In this document: positions 56,615-64,000 of the stretch, piece after piece
How positions within the stretch are numbered: position 1 is the first letter of the stretch
Layout: every line of letters begins with the position of its first letter
Origin: Candidatus Bathyarchaeota archaeon
Lineage (GTDB): Archaea; Thermoproteota; Bathyarchaeia; Hecatellales; Hecatellaceae
DNA length: 64,000 bases
Assembly: GCA_052246995.1 (NCBI GenBank)
Contig: JBQPWD010000004.1
Location: forward strand, 137,985 to 201,984
Direction: 5' to 3'
Position numbers and translations under genes: made by a program
Notes under the pieces: generated by a model
Told to the model about the DNA's origin: nothing
Seen by the model: the letters and a program-made list of their open reading frames with translations, nothing else
The model's database searches: none

Positions 56615-58189
56615 GTGGGGAAAGTGGGAAAGTCTGAATCAAGTTTAAAGGAAAAAGAAGCCAGTGTGGAGCTTAAGTCACCTTTAGAAGATTATGCTAC
56701 TGTTGAAGCCTACCCTATTCTTGAACCCTACACCTACATTTTAATTTTAAGACATAGAGCAACGTCAAGGATAATTTACAGGGTTGAGGAGCCAACTTTA
56801 ACGGAAGATGAAAAGGAAGTTTTAAAGGAAGTTACTGAGTTTTTGACTGAAGAGGTAGATATAAACCCTAAAGAGATAAAATCTAAGGAGGAAGTAAGAA
56901 AATACCTGGTTGGAAAGTTTAAGCAGGTGATAAAGGATTACAGGATACCTGTTGAAAGGGCAAATCTACCTAAAATCTGGTATTATGTTCAAAGAGATTT
57001 TATAGGTTACGGAAAGATTGATGCGCTTATGAGAGACCAGATGGTTGAAGATATAAGTTGTGATGGTGTTAGAGTTCCAATTTATGTTTGGCATCGTAAA
57101 TACGAGTCTATACCTACAAACATATCTTTTGATGATGAGGAGGAGCTTGACTCCTTTGTTATTAGGCTTGCATATCTTTCAGGAAGGCATGTTTCAATAG
57201 CTCAACCCATGCTTGATGCAACTCTTCCAGATGGAAGTAGAGTTCAATTAACACTTGGAAGGGAGGTTACAAGAAAAGGTTCAACTTTTACAATACGTAA
57301 ATTCCGGTTGGATCCGTTAACAGTTATAGACCTTATAAGGTTTAAAACGTTAACATCCGAGGTTTTTGCCTATTTATGGTATGTTATTGAAAACAAGGCT
57401 TCAATACTGGTTATAGGTGGAGTTGCAGCTGGAAAAACAACGTTGTTAAACTGTCTTTCAATGTTTATTGAGCCTGACCTAAAAATAGTTTCTATTGAGG
57501 ATACTGCTGAACTTAACCTTCCACATGAAAACTGGATTCCGGCTGTTACAAGAATAGGTTTTGGTGCAGGTTCTGAAAAGGCTTCAATAACACTTTTTGA
57601 CTTGCTTAAAGCTTCGCTGAGGCAGAGACCTGACTATATTATTGTTGGTGAGGTTAGGGGTGAGGAAGCATACACGCTTTTCCAGGCTATGAGTACAGGA
57701 CATCTTGGTATGGCTACTCTCCATGCTGAATCTATTGATGCGGCGGTTTACAGGTTAGAGTCTGAACCTATGAATGTTCCAAGAACTTTGATTGCAGGGT
57801 TGGATGCAATGCTTCTTATTAGAAGGGTTGAAAGGGAGGGGGAACCTGTTAGAAGGGTTATTATGGTTAGTGAAATTGTAGGTTTAGATCCAGTATCCAA
57901 AGAGATTATTACAAACGAGGTTTACAGGTGGGATCCTAAAAAAGACGTCTTTATCTATGGTGGAAGAAGCTATCTTTTAGAGAAGATTGCTAAGCGTAAT
58001 GGTTTACCTCTTGAAGATGTTTTGAGGGAGATTAAGAGAAGAAAGGAAATTTTAGACTACATGGCTATGAACAACATTAGGGATTATAGAAGCGTGTCAG
58101 AGATAATTAAGGAATACCATGAGAATCCTGAGGTTCTTTACAGAAAGGTTAGAATGGGAAGTGTGGAGACAAGTTTTAAACGTCCATAA
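56615..58189 (+). CDS. type IV pilus assembly ATPase (VirB11/ArlI/PilB family)
   Basis: 'EDISCDG', 'DATLPDGSRV', Walker A GGVAAGKTT, 'SIEDTAEL', 'LRQRPDYIIVGEVRG'. Confidence 0.95.
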   Translation: MGKVGKSESSLKEKEASVELKSPLEDYATVEAYPILEPYTYILILRHRATSRIIYRVEEPTLTEDEKEVLKEVTEFLTEEVDINPKEIKSKEEVRKYLVGKFKQVIKDYRIPVERANLPKIWYYVQRDFIGYGKIDALMRDQMVEDISCDGVRVPIYVWHRKYESIPTNISFDDEEELDSFVIRLAYLSGRHVSIAQPMLDATLPDGSRVQLTLGREVTRKGSTFTIRKFRLDPLTVIDLIRFKTLTSEVFAYLWYVIENKASILVIGGVAAGKTTLLNCLSMFIEPDLKIVSIEDTAELNLPHENWIPAVTRIGFGAGSEKASITLFDLLKASLRQRPDYIIVGEVRGEEAYTLFQAMSTGHLGMATLHAESIDAAVYRLESEPMNVPRTLIAGLDAMLLIRRVEREGEPVRRVIMVSEIVGLDPVSKEIITNEVYRWDPKKDVFIYGGRSYLLEKIAKRNGLPLEDVLREIKRRKEILDYMAMNNIRDYRSVSEIIKEYHENPEVLYRKVRMGSVETSFKRP

Positions 58190-58224
58190 AAATTGGTTGG
58201 TTGATAATGTTAAGGTGTTAGTTT

Positions 58225-59097
58225 TTGGGTTTAAAAGAAAGGTTTTTTGTTTTAGGTTACCATTTTGCTGGCAAGAATAAAAGGCTTACCAGCATGTTTC
58301 AGGATTTAAGGGATAACTTGGCTAAAAGCGGTATAAGAATAAGTTTTAGGTCTTATGTTGGCGCCATGTTTCTTCTCTCAACCATTGTTGGAGGGATATC
58401 CTTTACAATTCCGTTAGTAGTTTTTTCTATACTTCTGGGCTTCCCCATCTTTAACTCTTTAACCTACAGTTTATGTTTAGGGTTTTTAGGTTTTTTGGCT
58501 TCGCTTCTTTTTATATACTTTTATCCTTCGCTTATTGCATCTTCGAGAGGTAAAAAGATTGATTCAAACCTGCCATTTATAGCTAATGCTATGGCTATTC
58601 TTGCAAGTGCAGGAGTTACACCTGAAAAAATTTTTTACTCTTTATCTAAAACTGAGGAGGAGTTTGGTGTTGGTAGGGAGGCTAGGACGATTATTAGAAA
58701 CATGGAGCTTTTAGGTTTAGATATTCTTCATTCTTTAAAGTTTGGGGTTAAATATTCTCCGTCAAAAAATTTTGCAAACCTTCTTCAAGGTATGATTGAA
58801 AATGCACGTGCAGGTGGAGATTTGGCGGGATATCTTAGGGATACTGCAAACTACTACATCAGAGAAACTAGGAGAAGGCTTAGAGATTTTCTTGAAACCC
58901 TTGGTTTTATTGCTGAAGCCTACGTTACGGTTCTTGTTGCAGGTCCGTTGATGCTTGTTGTTATGCTTTCAATAATGTCTTTTTTTGGTGGAGGGCTTTT
59001 TGGTTTTGGAATAACGTTTCTCCTGTACATTGTGGCCTACGTTCTTCTGCCTGTGGCAGTGATAGGCGTACTACTTTTACTTCACATAATTAAGTGA
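58225..59097 (+). CDS. type IV pilus membrane platform protein (TadC/T2SSF)
   Basis: 'IDSNLPF...MAILASAG', 'SPSKNFA..LQG....GGDL'; multi-TM. Confidence 0.88.
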   Translation: MGLKERFFVLGYHFAGKNKRLTSMFQDLRDNLAKSGIRISFRSYVGAMFLLSTIVGGISFTIPLVVFSILLGFPIFNSLTYSLCLGFLGFLASLLFIYFYPSLIASSRGKKIDSNLPFIANAMAILASAGVTPEKIFYSLSKTEEEFGVGREARTIIRNMELLGLDILHSLKFGVKYSPSKNFANLLQGMIENARAGGDLAGYLRDTANYYIRETRRRLRDFLETLGFIAEAYVTVLVAGPLMLVVMLSIMSFFGGGLFGFGITFLLYIVAYVLLPVAVIGVLLLLHIIK

Positions 59098-59109
59098 TGA
59101 GGGTGAAGG

Positions 59110-59952
59110 TTGATGTTAACTTTTAAGGTTCCATTAAAATTAAGGTTGACTGTTGCTGTTGTGTCGGTTGTTATGGGTTGTGTAGCCTATGTTATTGTTG
59201 CAGGTTTAACTGGAAACTTTATGTCTAATGATGCCTTGTTTTTGGCTGTGTTTGTTTTACTTATCCCCATAGCCTTTATTGAGCATGCAAATGAAAGCTG
59301 GAAGGATGCTGTGGATAGGGCTATACCTAGGTTTGTTTCCTCAATTTCAGGGGCTCAGGATGTTGGTATGAGTTTACCTAGAGCCATGGAGGAGGCTACA
59401 AAGATGGATTATGGGCCTTTAACAGCTGAAATTAAAAAGTTTGTTGCTCAAGTTGGTTGGAGGCTTCCTTTTGAGGAGGGTTTGGCAAGGTTTGCTAAAA
59501 GAATTGGTACGTTAACTGCACGTAGGTTTAGTGTTTTAATTAGCGAGGCTAGTAGGTCTGGGGGGGATATACGTTTAGCCCTTAAAACCACTGCAGACTT
59601 TATGGCTGAGCTTTTTGAGGTTGAGGAGGAAAGAAAAAAACAGATGAAGGCTTACATAGTCATAATCTACATGGGTTTCTTTATCTTCCTGTTTACAATA
59701 GCAATAATGGCTTCATCCTTCTTCATCCCGATGACTGGTTTACAGTCAACAATGCCTGGAGTTTTAAACATTGGGTTAAGCCTACCTGAGCTTGTACGTA
59801 TACTTTTCCACATGACTGTTATCCAAGCTATACTTGGAGGACTGGTTGCAGGTAAGATGGGTGAGGGAAAAACCCTTCTAGGTTTAAAACATTCCTTAAT
59901 TATGCTTGTTATAGGCTATGTTGGGTTTAAAATGTTTATTCCAGGAGTTTAA
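59110..59952 (+). CDS. type IV pilus membrane platform protein (TadB/T2SSF)
   Basis: 'IPRFV...GMSL', 'YGPLT.E', 'GLVAGKMGEG....GLKH'. Confidence 0.88.
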   Translation: MMLTFKVPLKLRLTVAVVSVVMGCVAYVIVAGLTGNFMSNDALFLAVFVLLIPIAFIEHANESWKDAVDRAIPRFVSSISGAQDVGMSLPRAMEEATKMDYGPLTAEIKKFVAQVGWRLPFEEGLARFAKRIGTLTARRFSVLISEASRSGGDIRLALKTTADFMAELFEVEEERKKQMKAYIVIIYMGFFIFLFTIAIMASSFFIPMTGLQSTMPGVLNIGLSLPELVRILFHMTVIQAILGGLVAGKMGEGKTLLGLKHSLIMLVIGYVGFKMFIPGV

Positions 59953-59966
59953 AATGAGGTGTTCCC

Positions 59967-60416
59967 ATGAGTAGAATGGGTAAAAGAGGAAAAGGAAAAG
60001 GTAAGGCTGGGGTTAGTGTTGTTGTAAGCGACCTTTTAATGTTAGCCATAATCATTGTAGCCTTAACGGTTGTCCTAGGTTTTGTTGCAGGCTACATTTC
60101 AAACTACCAAGCAACAAGCGGCTCAGCAATCATGGAAAGACTGTTAATAGAAGATGTATGGGTTAATAAGGGTAACAACAAGGTAAACATAACTCTTTTC
60201 AATTATGGTAAAGTTAGTTTAACCGTTAATGCCATATACATTAACGGAAACCCTGTATCAGGTTTCACGCCGTTTTTAGTACGTGTTGGTGAACATAAGT
60301 CAACTGGATGGTTAAGTCTTCCAGAAGGTGTTGGGGGTGGTGGAACTTATAAACTTAACATCAAAGTTGTAACTGAGAGGGGATACTATGTTGAGGGAAA
60401 CTTTGTCATTACCTAA
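59967..60416 (+). CDS. archaeal type IV pilin
   Basis: class III signal 'KGKAG|VSVVVSDLLMLAII', 'ERLLIEDV', 'NYG', 'VVTERG'. Confidence 0.8.
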   Translation: MSRMGKRGKGKGKAGVSVVVSDLLMLAIIIVALTVVLGFVAGYISNYQATSGSAIMERLLIEDVWVNKGNNKVNITLFNYGKVSLTVNAIYINGNPVSGFTPFLVRVGEHKSTGWLSLPEGVGGGGTYKLNIKVVTERGYYVEGNFVIT

Positions 60417-60478
60417 ATCCGACGCTAGGCAATGTTTAATAGTTTCCATTTTAACACTAGTATTTATGGCGGTGTAAA

Positions 60479-61888
60479 ATGAAAGCTGTAGGAGTAAGGT
60501 TTTTTAGGGATAAGGGTGGCACTGGTACTGTTGTCGGCACCGTTATGGCTATTATGATTATCATGCTCATTATTGGTGGAGTTTTTCTTTGGAGTTCAAC
60601 CGTAACCCACTATATGAGCAACTTTGACAGGGAAAGGTTAAGTGAAAATGCTGCTGTTTCCGCTACTTGGAAATATAGGGATGAAGAGGGGTACATTGTA
60701 ACTGTACGAGTTAGAAATACTGGAACAATCGACTTAAGCCTTGCATCCCTATGGCTAATAGAGGTTTCTAGTGGGGGCCAAGAACAGCATGCGATGGTTG
60801 AGTTTAACCCGTATATTCCGGTAGGGGAAGCTGTTAACATAAACTCCACCTACATTCAGCAGTTGAGTAATTCGGTTGGAGGAATAAACCCCTTAAGCTC
60901 AACATACAAGTTTAAGATTGTAACCTCGAGAGGAAACATATTTGAAGCAAAGCTGGTACCATTTTACGCAGAAGGAGAAACAAACCCGGTGTCTATAAGC
61001 CCAGACCCTAGTGAAACAAGAGTTGAGCTTGAAGTAAAGGTTACACGGGTTCAAGTAACTGCATGGAACACTTTAGAAGATAAAGATATAACAATAAGTT
61101 ATGTTGCGGTCACGCCAATGTACAATGAGACAACACTTAAACATGGTTGGTCAGTAGCAAAGCAAGAACCTTTATCGATGCTGGTTGAAACAAATTGGAC
61201 GCTGCCTCCAGGAGGAATTGACACTAAAATTTTTGAGATTGATACTGAAGTGGTCTTTAATCTCTGGTCTTACGCAAACTATTTTAGAATAGAGCTTGTT
61301 TCTGATGCATACAAAATTGTTGGAGTAGTTTTCATCCCAGCAAAGTATGACACACAAACAAAGGTTTATAACTTTGATGGGATAGGAAAACCCTCAAACA
61401 CACATATAGCCTTATACGACAACGGCGATACCAATATAGATGAGAGTGTAGATGAGATTAATTGGGTGAATAACCCCGCAGAATTTGATAATCAAACGTA
61501 TGCCAAAATAGCGAGGTCAGACAACAATCGTGCGGAAACAACCGCAACGAAAGGAAATGCATCACAGCATCTATTCAGATTTAAGATTGATATTAATCCA
61601 AAGGCGATAGTTGAGTTTAGTGTAAGCTGGGAAGGGTATAAGGGTGATAATAAAGATGCTGGAAGGTTTAGAATTTGGAATCTTAAGGCGGGATGGGAAG
61701 ATATTGGTACCCCTATTACTCAGAGTGAGGCAGAATATTCTGCCACATATAGCGGGATAAGTAGGCTAAACTATATTACAGAAGACGGGTGTATTTATCT
61801 TATGGCTTATTGCAAAGACGATTCAAAAAATAATATCGCTAAAATTTTGACTGACTACGTTGAAGTAAAGGTTACATATGTTACTTAA
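60479..61888 (+). CDS. large pilin/adhesin with extra C-terminal domains
   Basis: class III-like 'RDKGG|TGTVVG' + hydrophobic helix, 'VRNTG', 'IVTSRGN', then ~300 aa of additional beta-rich domains. Confidence 0.72.
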   Translation: MKAVGVRFFRDKGGTGTVVGTVMAIMIIMLIIGGVFLWSSTVTHYMSNFDRERLSENAAVSATWKYRDEEGYIVTVRVRNTGTIDLSLASLWLIEVSSGGQEQHAMVEFNPYIPVGEAVNINSTYIQQLSNSVGGINPLSSTYKFKIVTSRGNIFEAKLVPFYAEGETNPVSISPDPSETRVELEVKVTRVQVTAWNTLEDKDITISYVAVTPMYNETTLKHGWSVAKQEPLSMLVETNWTLPPGGIDTKIFEIDTEVVFNLWSYANYFRIELVSDAYKIVGVVFIPAKYDTQTKVYNFDGIGKPSNTHIALYDNGDTNIDESVDEINWVNNPAEFDNQTYAKIARSDNNRAETTATKGNASQHLFRFKIDINPKAIVEFSVSWEGYKGDNKDAGRFRIWNLKAGWEDIGTPITQSEAEYSATYSGISRLNYITEDGCIYLMAYCKDDSKNNIAKILTDYVEVKVTYVT

Positions 61889-62527
61889 TACCTTGATGAT
61901 AACAAGTAATAAAATGCTACAACCAATTTGTTTGATGTTGCCAACGTTTGAGCTGTTTTACTACCAAAGCAAAACTTACATTTCCCTTTTTTAAACCATT
62001 ACATTAATTTATTTAATATTGCCTTAACAAGCCATCAACATTAAAGTTTTTAAATCTACAAGTTTTCACTTTTCTAAAGTCTAATCTAAGTAAGTTGATT
62101 GTGAATAAGTGGTTAACAACATTTAAATATGGAAGCTTTTTCCTCCACAAACATCTCCCCGGAGAAGAAATGTTAAAAAGCCGCTGAAGGTTAAAAATTC
62201 GGAAGTTTGGAGGAAAATAGGAAAAAAGGAAAAATGGCGAATTGGCGAAATTTGTGAAGGTTAATAAAAATGAAAAACAGGTTAGAATTTACATAATTTA
62301 CACATCCACTACAAATGTCCTACAAATCCTAAAACTCAAAAACCATGTTAAAAAATTAAAAACTAAAATTTAGGAACTTAAAAATTGGATAAGTTTATAA
62401 AAACATGTAAAACACTTTGATTTTGTATTCCTAAAAGCTTCACCATATTTTTAGTGGTGTAAACTTTCCTACCTATTAGTAAAAACATAAATACTTTCCT
62501 TTATGTAACCATTTTAGGTGGACATAT

Positions 62528-62758
62528 ATGGGAAGATATGTCACCGTATCCGTGAAGATACCTGTAGAGGTTAAGGAGAAGCTTGAAAAGTTCGGCATAA
62601 AACCCTCAAAGATATTAAAGAGGGCAATCTACGAAGAACTAAGAAGAATTGAGATAGAGACTATAGAAAGGCAACTTGAAGATTTGAAGGATGTCCTAAA
62701 CAGGTTTTCAAGGGAGTTTATTGTAAAGTCCATCAGAGAGGATAGGGAGTCTAGATGA
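62528..62758 (+). CDS. vapB: VapB-like antitoxin (RHH/CopG type)
   Basis: 'YVTVSVKIP', C-terminal 'VKSIREDRESR'; ATGA overlap with PIN toxin. Confidence 0.85.
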   Translation: MGRYVTVSVKIPVEVKEKLEKFGIKPSKILKRAIYEELRRIEIETIERQLEDLKDVLNRFSREFIVKSIREDRESR

Positions 62759-63156
62759 AGTTCCTCTTTGATGCATCTTCAATACTCGAAGCCCTTGTTA
62801 AAGGGAGTGTAAGAGTTCTAAACAACAACTACACTGTAGAGATTGCCAGATACGAGCTTGGAAACATCTTATGGAGAAGAAGAACTCTAATAGGAGATGT
62901 AGACGATGAAGAGTACATCCGCCTAACAAACCTACTAAAAACAACGTTAAAACTGTTAAACATAATCAACATAGAATGCCATGAAACGAATATACTCAAA
63001 ATAGCAAAAGAATTTAAAATAACATTTTACGATTCAGCATACGTTTTCACCGCCAAAACAAAAAACCTCCTACTTGTCACGGAAGACGAAGAGCTCAAAA
63101 AAAGAGTAGGAAACTATGTAAAAACGATAAGTATAGGAGAAATCTTGAAACAATGA
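62755..63156 (+). CDS. vapC: VapC PIN-domain toxin
   Basis: 'LFDASS', 'YELGN', 'ITFYDSAY', 'LVTED' acidic PIN tetrad. Confidence 0.92.
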   Translation: MKFLFDASSILEALVKGSVRVLNNNYTVEIARYELGNILWRRRTLIGDVDDEEYIRLTNLLKTTLKLLNIINIECHETNILKIAKEFKITFYDSAYVFTAKTKNLLLVTEDEELKKRVGNYVKTISIGEILKQ

Positions 63157-63236
63157 CTCTCGAAGAGACTTCTACTCAACCAGTCAAAACGTAACAGAAA
63201 AAATAATAAAAACTACTTATAATAGGCGGAAAACTG

Positions 63237-64000
63237 TTAATCTAAAGTTTTCCCTATTACAAGTTCAACATTCTTTTCCTTGGCTATTTTCCCCATTTCC
63301 CTTGCCGCCTCGTTTTTAGCTGACAATATTACCAAGATTTTTCTCGGCTCCTTAGAATATTTTGCTTTAACCTTTTCAGCCTTTCTCAACAGTTTTAACA
63401 TTTCATCCACAGAGTCAGCGTACGCTGTTACCTCACCAACAATTAAAGGATCCTCCAAAAACATGTTTATCTCCTCACCATCAACAACAGCCTTAACAAG
63501 CTCAGCATCCTTAGCTATCTCACCAGAACCCCTCAACCTCTCCGTCAAAAATTTTCTAACAAACTCTTCAAAAGTTAACCCTGCAAACTTACTTATCTCA
63601 CCAAAACCACTCACCATAGCCCTCTCAAGAGAACCAACCTTCCTCTCCAAGGAGAAATAAACACCCTCAAGCGAAACTATTCTTTTATCAAACAACCTAA
63701 AACCCTCCATCATATCTTCCCTAAGCCTATTCATATCTTCTCTAAGCTTAGCTATCTCCTCGTCGTGTCTTTTAAAACCTAAAATCATATCTTCCCTAAG
63801 CCTATTCATATCTTCTCTAAGCTTAGCTATCTCCTCGTCGTGTCTTTTAAAACCTAAAATCATATCTTCCCTAAGCCTATTCATATCTTCTCTAAGCTTA
63901 GCTATCTCCTCGTCGTGTCTTTTAAAACCTAAAATCATATCTTCCCTAAGCCTATTCATATCTTCTCTAAGCTTAACAAGTTCAGCTTCATGTTTATCCA
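63237..64000 (-). CDS. coiled-coil tandem-repeat protein with C-terminal PD-(D/E)xK-like domain (5' end beyond window)
   Basis: heptad repeats LREDMNR/LGFKRHDEEIAK; C-terminal 'G.TFEEF...DGEEINM...IVGEVT' nuclease-like domain; frame open to the window edge. Confidence 0.7.
   Translation of the reverse strand, partial: DKHEAELVKLREDMNRLREDMILGFKRHDEEIAKLREDMNRLREDMILGFKRHDEEIAKLREDMNRLREDMILGFKRHDEEIAKLREDMNRLREDMMEGFRLFDKRIVSLEGVYFSLERKVGSLERAMVSGFGEISKFAGLTFEEFVRKFLTERLRGSGEIAKDAELVKAVVDGEEINMFLEDPLIVGEVTAYADSVDEMLKLLRKAEKVKAKYSKEPRKILVILSAKNEAAREMGKIAKEKNVELVIGKTLD
63709..63975. repeat. exact 75-bp in-frame tandem repeat (~3.5 copies) with internal 21-bp sub-repeat
   Basis: 'catatcttccctaagcctattcatatcttctctaagctta...' recurs at 63711, 63786, 63861, 63936. 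Confidence 0.95.

Noticed and set aside
56615-61888. Archaellum locus
   Set aside because: No archaellin, ArlF/G or single ArlJ; two TadB/C-type genes and pilins indicate a type IV pilus.
62138-62230. Replication origin (ORB boxes)
   Set aside because: Only a loose resemblance to the TCCAGTGGAAA consensus, no G-string and no adjacent cdc6/orc1.
63709-63975. Tandem repeat as a CRISPR array
   Set aside because: Units are contiguous and identical with no unique spacers, they are in frame inside a CDS, and no cas genes are seen.

Overview
AT-rich, gene-dense archaeal chromosome segment. The TACK-type assignment (most consistent with a thermophilic Bathyarchaeia-like lineage) is an inference from the archaeal r-protein/RNAP genes, GGTGA Shine-Dalgarno sites, an intron-containing tRNA-Lys and a Nitrososphaeria-like surface protein. 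1-20.5 kb is an energy/transport island: a NhaD/ArsB-type permease, a MetF-like flavoprotein, a NikMNQO ECF transporter with a NikR-like operator, a TRAP transporter plus tatAC, and a group-4 membrane-bound [NiFe]-hydrogenase operon. That operon begins with an Fe-S-less HdrC fragment and HdrB, and is divergent from a lipoyl-carrier (GcvH/LbpA-like), CCG and LUD/Fe-S operon. This divergon is the best candidate for an undescribed system: a lipoyl-disulfide reductase wired to an ion-translocating hydrogenase. The rest holds housekeeping genes (eno, rpoN/D, r-proteins, pheA/tyrA, pyrBI, smsCB/sufCB, fni, gltX) and acyl-CoA metabolism genes (ACAD, two ACD alpha subunits, a thiolase and a catalytically degenerate HMGCS-DUF35 fusion). 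It also holds an Ig-repeat S-layer-like protein, a type IV pilus locus with a degenerate KaiC-like partner, VapBC and a tandem-repeat coiled-coil/nuclease-like gene. Other oddities: probable ACG initiation of rpl13 and rpl7ae, a K-turn-like leader on rpl7ae, an HPr-kinase-like gene inserted in the S13-S4-S11-RpoD operon, and an unannotated 50-aa 7-Cys microprotein. No rRNA, CRISPR array or transposase was seen.
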